Below, piece after piece: positions 18,885-28,151 of a stretch of 64,000 nucleotides of DNA. This DNA is from an uncultured Acidobacteriota bacterium (GTDB lineage Bacteria > Acidobacteriota > Terriglobia > UBA7540). Made by a program: the position numbers and the translations under genes. Every line of letters starts with the position of its first letter. Position 1 is the stretch's first letter. The DNA lies in assembly GCA_963832915.1 (NCBI GenBank), contig CAWHWE010000013.1:1644-65643 (forward strand), read 5' to 3'. The notes beneath the pieces were generated by a model. The model was not told the origin of the DNA, did not search any database, and was given only the letters and a program-made list of their open reading frames with translations.

Positions 18885-20198
18885 TCAATTCGATCGCCTA
18901 AGCCCATCACAAGCCTTACGCACTGCTGCCAGAGTAACGCCAACGTCAGCTTCAGTATGCACGGCTGAGACGTACCATCGGCCGTCGGGCAACAAATAAA
19001 TCCCTTCCCCGAGCATCCCTTCAATGAATTGGTCCCGCATTCCATCGTCCCGGTTCAGGGTCTCGCGATAGTTGCTCATCTTCTTGGCAGCAGTGAAGCT
19101 GATATGGAATGCAGCCCCGACTCCGTTGATCAAGGCGGGGATGCCTGCTTCAGCCAGAGCAGCTTCAATGCCCTTCTTGAGGTATTCACCCGTTTGTTGG
19201 GTGCGTATTAAAGCGGAGCCACCATCGGCAGACAGAACCTCCAGCGCCGCCTCGGAGGCTGCAAGAGCCAGCGGGTTGCCATTGAAAGTGCCTGCCTGCA
19301 CCACGCGGCCCTTGGGAATCAGTTCCATAATCTCCCTTTTTCCCGCCACCACGCTCAACGGGTAACCAGCGGCGACGGCCTTTCCGAAGGTGGCCAGATC
19401 AGGTGTCACGTTGAAGAGACCCTGTGCTCCTTTTGGATGCACGCGAAATCCTGTTATGACCTCGTCAAAAATCAGAACGATTCCGTACCGCGTCGCCAGC
19501 TCCCGCAAGCTTTCGAGAAAGCCGGGGGAAGGCATCAGGCAGCTACTATTACAAAGGATCGGCTCGGTGATAATCGCGGCAATCTCCTGATAATGTTCAC
19601 GGAGAGTATTTTCAAGTTCTTTAAGGTCATTCCACGGCAGGATGTAAACATCGTCGAGCACGCGCTCGCTCTGCCCCTCGGTGCCCATCTGCTTTGCGTT
19701 GGTTCCGTCTTCTGCCACCTTCGGGTGATAATTTATGAGGATGTTATCGAACCAGCCGTGATAATGGCCCTCGAACTTAATGAACTTCCGCCTCCCCGTA
19801 TGCGCCTTTGCCAGGCGCAAGGCCAGGTGGACTGCTTCCGAGCCCGTGCTGTTAAAGGCCACAAGCTGCGCGCAAGGGACCATTTCACATATCTTGCGCG
19901 CGACGGCGGTTTCCAAGCGATGTTGCGCGCCGATCAGGCAGAACTTCTCGAGCTGGCGCCGGACGGCGGCGATTACTGCGGGATGACTGTGCCCAAGCAT
20001 GAGCGGCCCCCAGGCAAGTCCGTAGTCCAAGTACTGGTTGCCATCCACGTCAACAATTCGGTTCCCCGAAGCGGATTCAAAGAACAGAGGAACCGGCTTG
20101 CAGGCGGCGCGGAGCATGCTGCTGACCCCACCGGCGAGGTAGCGCTTTGACTCGTTAAACATCTCAGCCGAACAGGCATAAGTTCTCATATCAGTCAC
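18885..20198 (-). CDS. Class-III (aspartate aminotransferase family) PLP aminotransferase, glutamate-1-semialdehyde aminomutase-like
   Basis: …LIFDEVITGFR… and …TFGKAVAAGYP… (PLP-lysine region) are class-III hallmarks. Confidence 0.8.
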   Translation of the reverse strand: MTDMRTYACSAEMFNESKRYLAGGVSSMLRAACKPVPLFFESASGNRIVDVDGNQYLDYGLAWGPLMLGHSHPAVIAAVRRQLEKFCLIGAQHRLETAVARKICEMVPCAQLVAFNSTGSEAVHLALRLAKAHTGRRKFIKFEGHYHGWFDNILINYHPKVAEDGTNAKQMGTEGQSERVLDDVYILPWNDLKELENTLREHYQEIAAIITEPILCNSSCLMPSPGFLESLRELATRYGIVLIFDEVITGFRVHPKGAQGLFNVTPDLATFGKAVAAGYPLSVVAGKREIMELIPKGRVVQAGTFNGNPLALAASEAALEVLSADGGSALIRTQQTGEYLKKGIEAALAEAGIPALINGVGAAFHISFTAAKKMSNYRETLNRDDGMRDQFIEGMLGEGIYLLPDGRWYVSAVHTEADVGVTLAAVRKACDGLRRSN

Positions 20199-20595
20199 CC
20201 CCTATAAAGGTCGAACCCCTTGATGACCAAGCTTCGGTATAATCTTCTTACCTGCGAGCAGCCATCAGTATGAATCTAAGCCCTGAGAAAATCTCCGTGT
20301 TCAGGATCTGGTCGTGGTTTCGAATCCCCAGGTTCACGGTTTGCTCAAAACGGCTCAGCAATCATTCCATGGGGGGCGCGCTCGGCAGACCACGGTCGAA
20401 TCTCAGGCGGAGGGTCTTCCAGAGTAAAATGGGCGTTCTTTTTTATAGTCCGCCGCGAACACCACCGATGTCAAGCTTTTTACTAGTTGTCGATTGTGGT
20501 AGCATCTGCTTCCTGACGGGGCGCGTGTCCGAGGGCCTGTGGGCGTTTTTGTGCTTCGGTCCTGGTCGAAATTCAGAGGGAGTGCTCAGATCAAG

Positions 20596-21660
20596 ATGAC
20601 TTCCAGAGAAAGAGTGATGGCTGCCTTCCAACACGAAGAACCCGACCGCGTGCCAGCGTGGTGCGGGTCGTCGATTGAGTTTTGGGAAAAGGCTAAGCGG
20701 ACCTCCGGGCTTCACGACGAAGGACTACGTCTGCGCTTCGGTGATGACTTTCGCCGGGTTTTTCCCGTCTATGCCGGGCCCCAGTTTACCCTGTCCCCTG
20801 GCGCGACTTCCCGAACCCCCTTCGGCATCGAGCGCGAGGGTCTCGGTTACGGGCAACCCAAAAGTCATCCGTTATCCAGCGCCGCTCTGGCGGAAGTTCA
20901 CGCCTATCCCTGGCCCGAGCCGCGGTGGATGGATGTTTCTCACATCCGTGCCGAAGCGGACAAGTACCAAAGGCAGTACGCAATTCTGGGTGGGGATTGG
21001 TCACCCTTCTTCCACGACGCCGTAGACATGCTGGGCATGGATGTTCTGTTCCTTAAAATGTACGACGAACCGGAAGTTGTGGATGCGGTCGTGCAGCACA
21101 TCATGGATTATTATGTGGGCGTCAGCCAGCGAATTTTCGATGCCGCTGCCTCAGCCATCGACATTTTCTTTATTGGAAACGATTTCGGAACTCAGCGGGG
21201 CCCTCTGATGAGCCCGAGTCTCTTCCGGCGGTTCATCCTGCCTCACCTCAAGCGACTGGCTCGCCTGGGCCATGAATATGGATTGAAAGTCATGATGCAT
21301 TGTTGCGGTGGGTACGCTCCTCTCATCCCCCAGATGATCGAGGCTGGACTGGATGGCCTGCATGCGGTCCAGCCGTCTTGTGATGGGATGGATCTGGCGA
21401 CGCTGAAGCGTTCCTTCGGTGACAAGATCCTCTTCAATGGCGGGATCGACTCTCACCATGTGCTGATCCGGGGAACACCCGAGTTCGTCCGCGAAGAAGC
21501 GAGAAAAGTTCTCGACATCATGAAACCGGGTGGAGGCTATGTGGCAGGCGCCAGCCACGACTGGATTCTCGAGGAGACGCCCGTGGAGAACGTTCTGGCC
21601 ATGTTTGACGCGATCTGTGAATTCGGCAGCTACAACTCTGGCGATTCTCGATCGCGTTGA
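20596..21660 (+). CDS. URO-D/MtaA-like family protein, paralog 3
   Basis: …FQHEEPDRVPAW… signature; start chosen at ATG 20596. Confidence 0.7.
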   Translation: MTSRERVMAAFQHEEPDRVPAWCGSSIEFWEKAKRTSGLHDEGLRLRFGDDFRRVFPVYAGPQFTLSPGATSRTPFGIEREGLGYGQPKSHPLSSAALAEVHAYPWPEPRWMDVSHIRAEADKYQRQYAILGGDWSPFFHDAVDMLGMDVLFLKMYDEPEVVDAVVQHIMDYYVGVSQRIFDAAASAIDIFFIGNDFGTQRGPLMSPSLFRRFILPHLKRLARLGHEYGLKVMMHCCGGYAPLIPQMIEAGLDGLHAVQPSCDGMDLATLKRSFGDKILFNGGIDSHHVLIRGTPEFVREEARKVLDIMKPGGGYVAGASHDWILEETPVENVLAMFDAICEFGSYNSGDSRSR

Positions 21661-21739
21661 CCTCTCGAATACGATGAAGATGAAAACCCCTGGGCAACTA
21701 CAGCAAATATTCCGGGGGTTCGTTGTTAGGAGGCAATTG

Positions 21740-22600
21740 ATGTCTGGTTTCCGAGGCCGATCCACTAACCGACGCCTGTTGTTGCTCCTTGGGGCTCTCG
21801 CAGTATTCTTATTCCAAACCACTATATTCGTTTCCTTCTTAGTGGGCAGCGCGCCGGGAAGCATCCACTTGGTTCTTCGGACTCGCGTACAGCCATTCAA
21901 GGGGAGCGGCCAGTGGGTGGAGGTCAACTTCGTCGAGAATCTCCCGCCTAAGGAAACGGCGATTGTAATCTGCGACATGTGGGATAAGCATTGGTGCAAG
22001 GGCGCTACAGGACGAGTGGATGCGCTCGCCCATCGTATGTCACCACTCCTGAAATTGGCTAGAGCGCGGGGCGTGCAGATCGTCCACGCCCCCTCAGACG
22101 TCATGGATTTCTATAAGGATTATCCCCAAAGGCGTCTGATGCAGAGCTTGGCAAAGGTTCAGCCACCGCAGGCCCTCGATCTTTCGGATCCGCCGCTGCC
22201 GATTGATGATTCCGACCGCGGATGCGATACGCCGGGAGATAAGGAGCACCAGGCCTGGAGCCGCCAGCATCCTGCAATTGATATTGAGCCTCAGGACGTA
22301 ATTTCCGACGATGGAAACGAAGTCTATAGCTTTTTGCATGAACGAGGCATCCAATACTTGTTCATAATGGGGGTGCACGCCAACATGTGCGTCTTGGGGC
22401 GATCCTTTGCGATCAGGCAGATGACGCGTTGGGGCATCCACTGCATCTTGGTCCGGGATCTCACGGATGCCATGTATAACCCCGCAATGAAGCCCTATGT
22501 CTCGCACGGGCAAGGTACGCAACTGGTGATTGAGCACATTGAGAAGTACTGGTGCCCATCAATTCTGAGTGCGGACCTGCAAACGGGCCTGAAACCGTAA
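21740..22600 (+). CDS. Isochorismatase-like cysteine hydrolase with an N-terminal membrane anchor
   Basis: …IVICDMWDKHWC… and …MGVHANMCVLGRS… resemble the isochorismatase-family catalytic D/K/C pattern; AGGAGG RBS 6 nt before ATG 21740. Confidence 0.55.
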   Translation: MSGFRGRSTNRRLLLLLGALAVFLFQTTIFVSFLVGSAPGSIHLVLRTRVQPFKGSGQWVEVNFVENLPPKETAIVICDMWDKHWCKGATGRVDALAHRMSPLLKLARARGVQIVHAPSDVMDFYKDYPQRRLMQSLAKVQPPQALDLSDPPLPIDDSDRGCDTPGDKEHQAWSRQHPAIDIEPQDVISDDGNEVYSFLHERGIQYLFIMGVHANMCVLGRSFAIRQMTRWGIHCILVRDLTDAMYNPAMKPYVSHGQGTQLVIEHIEKYWCPSILSADLQTGLKP

Positions 22601-22665
22601 GGGCTGGCGAGAGGAATCGGTCAGATTTCCAGACGAATTGCTAGACACACAAGGGGAGGCGCAAA

Positions 22666-24015
22666 ATGGCAATCAACAGAAGGCGATTTTTGGAAAGGAG
22701 TATTCAGGGAGGATTCGGTGTCGCGGCAGGCGTGTACGGATTACAAGCGGCATCGAAAGCGGCTGCTGCGAGCGACAAGGTTGTCGTGGGGGTGATGGGA
22801 GTGGGAGGCCGAGGGACTTTCCTGACGCAATTGTTCGCCTCCAGGCCGGACGTTGAAATTGCCTACATCTGCGATGTGGATAGCCGGAAGTTCCCGCACG
22901 CAGTAAAGCTTGTGGAAGACATCAAGGGAAGAACCCCCAAGACAGTTGGAAATTTCCAACGCATCCTCGAGGACAAGAATGTTGATGCGATGGTTTGCGC
23001 CACGCCTGACCATTGGCATGCTATGGCCACCGTCCTCGCCTGTCAAGCAGGTAAGGACGTTTACGTCGAAAAACCGGCTTCCCATAACATCTGGGAAGGC
23101 CGGAAGATGGTGGAGGCAGCGCGCAAGTACACGCGAGTGGTACAGGTCGGGATGCAAAATCGGAGCAGCACATCTGGCAAGAGTGCGCGCGAGATGATTC
23201 AGTCCGGAAAGCTGGGTAGTATTCATCTTGTGCGTGTCTACAACATGTTAAACCGGGAGCCTGTGGAGAGAACGCCAAACGCCGCAGCGCCGGAAGGATT
23301 TGATTGGAACATGTGGGTGGGTCCCGGACCACTGGTCCCCTATGACCCCATGTATTTCAAGAGGGTTTTCTGGGATTTTAACGGAGGGCTCATGACTGAC
23401 GATGGAGTTCATCAATTGGACTTGGCTCGCATGGTTATGGGCCTGTCCTATCCCAAGTCCGTTCACCATGCGGGCGGAAAGCTCTTCTTTAATGACATCT
23501 CGGAAACCCCCGACACGACGATTGTGACCTATGAGTATGACAAGCTGCGGCTGGTATTCGAACAGACCGTTTGGACTCCTTATATGAAGAAGACTCCCGA
23601 CAGTATAAGGGAAAGTCTGACCCAGTTTCCCGATTGGTTCCCCTTCAACGCGACCAGAATAGAAATATTCGGACGCAAGGGCCTGATGCTTCTGGGGCGA
23701 CAAGGAGGAGGATGGCAGCTCTACAACGAGGAAGGGAGCGTGATTGCGACGGGCAAGCAGAGGCACTCGGAAATGCAGGCGGGACATGTGGAGAACTTTA
23801 TAAGTTGTATCCATAGCCGGAAGCACCCCAATGCCGACATCGAGGAGGGCCACACTTCCGCCGCGCTATGCCACATGGCAAATATCTCCTATCGGTTGGG
23901 GGACCGAAAGCTGGAATTCGACAGTTCCAAAGAGGCCTTTGTAGATAATAAGGAAGCAAACCATTACTTGAAGCGGTCTTATCGCAATCCCTGGGTGATA
24001 CCCGAGAGCGTGTAG
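22666..24015 (+). CDS. Gfo/Idh/MocA-family oxidoreductase, TAT-exported
   Basis: Twin-arginine signal MAINRRRFLE; Rossmann VGVMGVGGRG; EKP motif VYVEKPASHN. Confidence 0.85.
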   Translation: MAINRRRFLERSIQGGFGVAAGVYGLQAASKAAAASDKVVVGVMGVGGRGTFLTQLFASRPDVEIAYICDVDSRKFPHAVKLVEDIKGRTPKTVGNFQRILEDKNVDAMVCATPDHWHAMATVLACQAGKDVYVEKPASHNIWEGRKMVEAARKYTRVVQVGMQNRSSTSGKSAREMIQSGKLGSIHLVRVYNMLNREPVERTPNAAAPEGFDWNMWVGPGPLVPYDPMYFKRVFWDFNGGLMTDDGVHQLDLARMVMGLSYPKSVHHAGGKLFFNDISETPDTTIVTYEYDKLRLVFEQTVWTPYMKKTPDSIRESLTQFPDWFPFNATRIEIFGRKGLMLLGRQGGGWQLYNEEGSVIATGKQRHSEMQAGHVENFISCIHSRKHPNADIEEGHTSAALCHMANISYRLGDRKLEFDSSKEAFVDNKEANHYLKRSYRNPWVIPESV

Positions 24016-24125
24016 TCTCGGAAAAGGACGAGACCGGAAAGTGCATCGCTTGTGGTTTCGGATCGAGAGGCAACAGGCGCCCTTCTCTCTCGGCACCAAA
24101 CCTGGTAGTGGGTCAGTTTGGTGTT

Positions 24126-24212
24126 GTAGCGGCGATCCCGCAAGGCCGGATCGCCAAATGGCGGCGTCCCGATGAGATCGGGACAGGTTCCGCCGCCTCT
24201 ACATCAAACTGA
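24126..24212. repeat. Nested-hairpin element: ~30-bp outer stem GTAGTGGGTCAGTTTGGTG...CATCAAACTGACCCACTAC around GTAGCGGCG [GGCGATCCgcaaggccGGATCGCC] [GTCCCGATgagATCGGGAC] CGCCGCCTCTAC
   Basis: Palindromes read from the sequence. Confidence 0.6.
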
Positions 24213-24257
24213 CCCACTACTCAAAACTTGAAACCAAAAACAACCACTCGAGGTTTT

Positions 24258-25298
24258 ATGGCCATTGAAGACTATGTCAGTTCTTCGCGTCGGAAGTTCC
24301 TCAGGAGTGTGGCGGGAGCCGGAGCCATGGCCGGCCTGTCGAGCATTCGGTCCAGCGATGCCGAACCGGGCAGAACTCTCAGCCGAGTGCAGACTTGTTA
24401 TTTTTCAAAACACTTGCAATGGCTCAACTGGGATCAAATGGCGGAGACCGCCGCTGAATTGGGGTTTGATGGTATCGATGTGACGGTGCGAGACGGAGGC
24501 CACGTCCTGCCTGAGCGCGTGAAAGAAGACCTGCCCAAAGTCGCGAGAATTGTCAGGAAGGCTGGCTTGGATATCCCGATGATTACGGCTGGAATCGTGG
24601 ACATCCACTCGCCTTATGCGGAAGCCATTATTCGCACGGCCAGCGAGGTTGGTATTCATCGCTACAGGTGGGGTTGGTTTTCCTGGTCGGATACAGCCAA
24701 GGAACCCGATCTGTCAAACTTCCACGCGAGCCTTGGAAAGGCCTCCGCAATCCTTATTGATATCCCTGGCCGGCTCGCCGAGTTGAAAAAGCGTGTTGCG
24801 GAGTTGGCGGAACTGAACCGGAAGTTCAACGTCTGTGCCATGTACCATAACCACTCAGGCTCAATGGTGGGCGCTTCAGTGTGGGATCTTTGGGTGCTGC
24901 TTAAGGACTTCGACCCACGATGGGTGAGTTCCAATTTCGACATTGGCCATGCCACTGTAGAGGGCGGATTGGGCGGATGGATCAATAGCACACGTCTGAT
25001 GACCCCTTTTATTAGGGGGACAGCAATCAAGGATTTCAAATGGGAGAGAAATGCGAAAGGCGTTTGGGAACCCCAGTGGTGTCCGCTTGGGGAAGGGATG
25101 GTGAACTTCCGGGCGTTCTTCGCCATGTTGAAAGAAGGTAACTTCTCCGGCCCTGTGCAGTTGCACACTGAATACCCGCTGGGCGGAGTGGAAAATGGCG
25201 CTCGAACATTAACCTTGGAAAAGGAAACGGTCTTGGCTGCGATCCGCAAAGACCTTGCTGCCTTAAAGGCGTGGATGAGAGAGGCACAATTGGTTTAG
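24258..25298 (+). CDS. Sugar-phosphate isomerase/epimerase (xylose-isomerase-like TIM barrel), TAT-exported
   Basis: TAT motif SSRRKFLRS; AP-endonuclease-2/xylose-isomerase-like TIM signatures (…NFDIGHATVEGG…). Confidence 0.75.
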   Translation: MAIEDYVSSSRRKFLRSVAGAGAMAGLSSIRSSDAEPGRTLSRVQTCYFSKHLQWLNWDQMAETAAELGFDGIDVTVRDGGHVLPERVKEDLPKVARIVRKAGLDIPMITAGIVDIHSPYAEAIIRTASEVGIHRYRWGWFSWSDTAKEPDLSNFHASLGKASAILIDIPGRLAELKKRVAELAELNRKFNVCAMYHNHSGSMVGASVWDLWVLLKDFDPRWVSSNFDIGHATVEGGLGGWINSTRLMTPFIRGTAIKDFKWERNAKGVWEPQWCPLGEGMVNFRAFFAMLKEGNFSGPVQLHTEYPLGGVENGARTLTLEKETVLAAIRKDLAALKAWMREAQLV

Positions 25299-25409
25299 CG
25301 CGGGGGTTGCTTGGTTATATCGGCCCATCTGATCCCTGCTGGCCGTGCAAGTGACCCCTCACCCGGCCCGCGTCCCGATGAAGTGCATCGGGATCGCGGG
25401 CCACCCTCT

Positions 25410-25520
25410 CCCCTTGGGAGTCTGTGTGATAACTCGATATTTCGCCCTTTTCCACAATGCAAGTGACTGATTCTCCGTTGGCGAAAACGCGAAATCAGAG
25501 GTTGTCACACAGACTCCTTG
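25410..25520 (+). promoter_or_regulatory. Long imperfect stem-loop in the 5' leader of URO-D paralog 4 (GGAGTCTGTGTGATAAC ... GTTGTCACACAGACTCC, 17-bp arms ~60 nt apart): candidate attenuator or riboswitch-like leader
   Basis: Inverted repeat read from the sequence; function inferred. Confidence 0.3.
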
Positions 25521-25597
25521 GGAGAGGTCAAAACCCAATTCCCTTCCGCCATTGCGGAGAAATCCCGGCTAGCTTCTTCACATCGGAAGGAGATGAA

Positions 25598-26731
25598 ATG
25601 ATGACTCACCGAGAGCGAATTTTAGCAGCCCTGAAGCACAAGGAGCCAGATCGGGTTCCTCTTGACCTGGGCGCTACGGGAGCCACCACGATATCGGTCA
25701 AGGCCCATGAGCGATTACGGGCCCACCTTGGCCTCCCGTCGGAGCCGCCACCCGCTGTGTTCTCCACCCGCTCCACGACGGTGGTTCCTGACGAAGCTAT
25801 CCTGCGTCGTTTTGACGTCGACGCCCGCCCCCTTTCACTTGGAAATCCAACGGACCGGCCAGAGCGTAAGCTTTCCGAGGATACGTTGTTGGACGAGTGG
25901 GGAGTAACCTGGACAAGGCCTGGTGGCACCCATTACATAAACTCCGACGGCCCTTTCTGCCATCTTGCAGACCCTGCCCTTCAGGACCTCGAGAAGGCCG
26001 ATTGGCCCGACCCGGCAGACGCAGGCCGCTTTGAGGGGCTTCGAGATCGAGCCCGGAGACTGCACAAAGAGACGGATTACGCCGTGATCTTAAACCTCGG
26101 CATAGGCCCCGTCCATGAGTGCCAGTATGTTCGCGGCTATGCGACGTGGCTCGAGGATCTCTTGCTCCGCCCCGTCTTCTCCGAAGCCCTCCTCGACCGG
26201 GTCACCGACATCATGATTCAGATGGCGAATTGCGCCTTGGAAGAGGCGGGCGCGTACGTTGATTTGGTCATGTATGGCGACGATATCGCCACCCAGAATG
26301 CTACCCTGCTCCGACCGGAATTGTATCGGCGGATGATTAAGCCCCGGCATAAGGGGATAGCCAACGCCATAAAGCGTCACGGGAAGCCGATTGTTTTCCA
26401 CTCCTGCGGTTCTGTTTACGCCCTTATCCCAGACCTGATTGAGGTGGGAATCGATGCCCTGAACCCCGTCCAGGTTTCAGCGGCAAATATGGCTACGGAG
26501 CGCCTTAAGCAGGAGTATGGACGTGAATTGGCTTTTTGGGGAGGAATCGACACGCATCGAGTGCTGCCCACCGGAACGCCTGCGGAAGTGCGCGAAGAAG
26601 TGAAGCGCCGCATCGACGATTTGCACGACAATGGCGGTTACGTCCTTTGTGCCGTGCACAACATCCAGCCCGAGGTTCCCCCGGAGAACATCGTGGCGAT
26701 GTATGACGCTGCCCTTGAGTACGGGCGCTAA
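25598..26731 (+). CDS. URO-D/MtaA-like family protein, paralog 4
   Basis: …[13 protein letters not shown]… signature; AAGGAG RBS 6 nt before ATG 25598. Confidence 0.7.
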   Translation: MMTHRERILAALKHKEPDRVPLDLGATGATTISVKAHERLRAHLGLPSEPPPAVFSTRSTTVVPDEAILRRFDVDARPLSLGNPTDRPERKLSEDTLLDEWGVTWTRPGGTHYINSDGPFCHLADPALQDLEKADWPDPADAGRFEGLRDRARRLHKETDYAVILNLGIGPVHECQYVRGYATWLEDLLLRPVFSEALLDRVTDIMIQMANCALEEAGAYVDLVMYGDDIATQNATLLRPELYRRMIKPRHKGIANAIKRHGKPIVFHSCGSVYALIPDLIEVGIDALNPVQVSAANMATERLKQEYGRELAFWGGIDTHRVLPTGTPAEVREEVKRRIDDLHDNGGYVLCAVHNIQPEVPPENIVAMYDAALEYGR

Positions 26732-26745
26732 TCAGGGAGGATGCC

Positions 26746-27744
26746 ATGAAGGCCTGTTTGCTCCATTCGCCCGCGCGGGTCGAGACCAATCCACTCGACT
26801 TCACTGACGTGCCGGATCCAGTGGTCCAAGACGATCAGGTGCTGGTCCGGGTTGCCGCCTGCGGGGTCTGCCGGACGGACCTGCACGTGGTCGAGGGAGA
26901 GTTGCCGGCGCGCAAGTCACCCGTGATTCCGGGGCATCAGGTGGTGGGCCGCATTGAGAGGATGGGTCCCGAGGCCAGCCGTTTCCACCTCGGCGACCGG
27001 GTTGGCATCCCCTGGCTTCATCACACCTGTGGGGTCTGCGAGTATTGCCGCGCGGGGAAGGAGAACCTCTGCGACGCACCCACATTCACGGGATACGTCG
27101 TGGACGGCGGCTATGCGGAGTATGCGCTGGCAGCAGAGAAATTCGTCTACCCCATTCCCGAGGGCCTCGCGGACGAGCAGGCAGCGCCGCTACTCTGCGC
27201 CGGGATTATCGGCTTCCGCTCGCTGCGCCTCTCGGGCATCGAGCCACGCGGCAGGCTGGGTTTATACGGCTTCGGGGCGGCGGCCCACCTGGCCATCCAG
27301 GTAGCTCGGCACTGGAACGTCGCCGTCTACGCCATGACCCGCGACGTGCGCCACCAAAAGCTGGCGCTCGAGTTAGGAGCTGTGTGGGCAGGCGGGACGG
27401 TCGAGGAACCGCCTGCAAAACTCGATGCCGCTATTATCTTTGCGCCTGCCGGTGAAATTGTGCCCGCGGCCTTGAAGGCTCTGAAGAAAGGTGGAACCCT
27501 CGCGCTGGGCGGCATCCACATGAGCCCCATCCCGCCACTCGATTACAACTTGCTCTACGGCGAGCGTGTCCTGCGCAGCGTCGCCAATAACACTCGCCAG
27601 GACGGCGAGGATTTCCTCCGCCTCGCCGCCGAAATCCCCATTCATAGCGAGATCGAGGTATTCCCGCTGCGCGAGGCCAATCGGGCGCTGAATTCACTCA
27701 AGAACGACGCTATCCGCGGCGCCGCCGTGCTGCGGGTCAACTGA
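26746..27744 (+). CDS. Zn-dependent alcohol dehydrogenase (MDR superfamily)
   Basis: …[14 protein letters not shown]…, GHQVVG and structural-zinc cysteines [15 protein letters not shown]. Confidence 0.85.
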   Translation: MKACLLHSPARVETNPLDFTDVPDPVVQDDQVLVRVAACGVCRTDLHVVEGELPARKSPVIPGHQVVGRIERMGPEASRFHLGDRVGIPWLHHTCGVCEYCRAGKENLCDAPTFTGYVVDGGYAEYALAAEKFVYPIPEGLADEQAAPLLCAGIIGFRSLRLSGIEPRGRLGLYGFGAAAHLAIQVARHWNVAVYAMTRDVRHQKLALELGAVWAGGTVEEPPAKLDAAIIFAPAGEIVPAALKALKKGGTLALGGIHMSPIPPLDYNLLYGERVLRSVANNTRQDGEDFLRLAAEIPIHSEIEVFPLREANRALNSLKNDAIRGAAVLRVN

Positions 27745-27770
27745 CTGTCCCCTTACAGTCAGGGGGTTCC
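27741..27770 (+). terminator. Hairpin CTGACTG-tcccctta-CAGTCAG overlapping the ADH stop codon
   Basis: Palindrome read from the sequence. Confidence 0.4.
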
Positions 27771-27794
27771 TTGGCGGGGTGCGCTACCCGTGTT

Positions 27795-27824
27795 TCTGAG
27801 TGTCCAACATTCTGAGTGTCCAAC
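27795..27824 (+). promoter_or_regulatory. Two tandem 14-bp direct repeats TCTGAGTGTCCAAC (27795-27808, 27811-27824) ~50 bp upstream of the antitoxin start: candidate ParD operator
   Basis: Exact direct repeats read from the sequence. Confidence 0.5.
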
Positions 27825-27873
27825 TGACAAGGATAGACAGAGCTGGTATTCTCCACTTGAAGGACCAGGAGGA

Positions 27874-28151
27874 ATGCCCGTGAACGTTCACCTTACGCCC
27901 GAGCTGGAAATGCTCGTTCAAAAAAAGTAAAGACCGGCCGCTACAACTCGGCGAGCGAAGTGGTCCGCGAGGCACTGCGGCTTTTCGAAGAGAGGGACCG
28001 CATTCGGGGGCTCCAGATTCAGGATCTCCGAAGGAAAATCAACCAGGGCTGGGCTTCTCTCGAACACGGCGAGGGAGTGGACGGAGAAGAATTTTTCAGG
28101 ACTCTCGAGCGAGAAGAACGAGAATTGGCGCGAAGGCGCAAACCGGCATGA
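27874..28151 (+). pseudogene. parD: ParD-family (ribbon-helix-helix) antitoxin gene disrupted by a frameshift in an A7 homopolymer (27920-27926). Frame 1 gives MPVNVHLTPELEMLVQKK*; the next frame continues …VKTGRYNSASEVVREALRLFEERD…RRRKPA.
   Basis: The GRYNSASEVVREALRLFEE motif is characteristic of ParD. AGGAGG RBS before ATG 27874. One extra A would restore a ~92-aa ORF. Stop TGA overlaps the toxin ATG (ATGA). Confidence 0.65.

Noticed and set aside
21151-22104. 317-aa ORF on the - strand
   Set aside because: It is antisense to URO-D paralog 3 and the isochorismatase-like gene. The translation is low-complexity with no motifs, so it is a shadow ORF.
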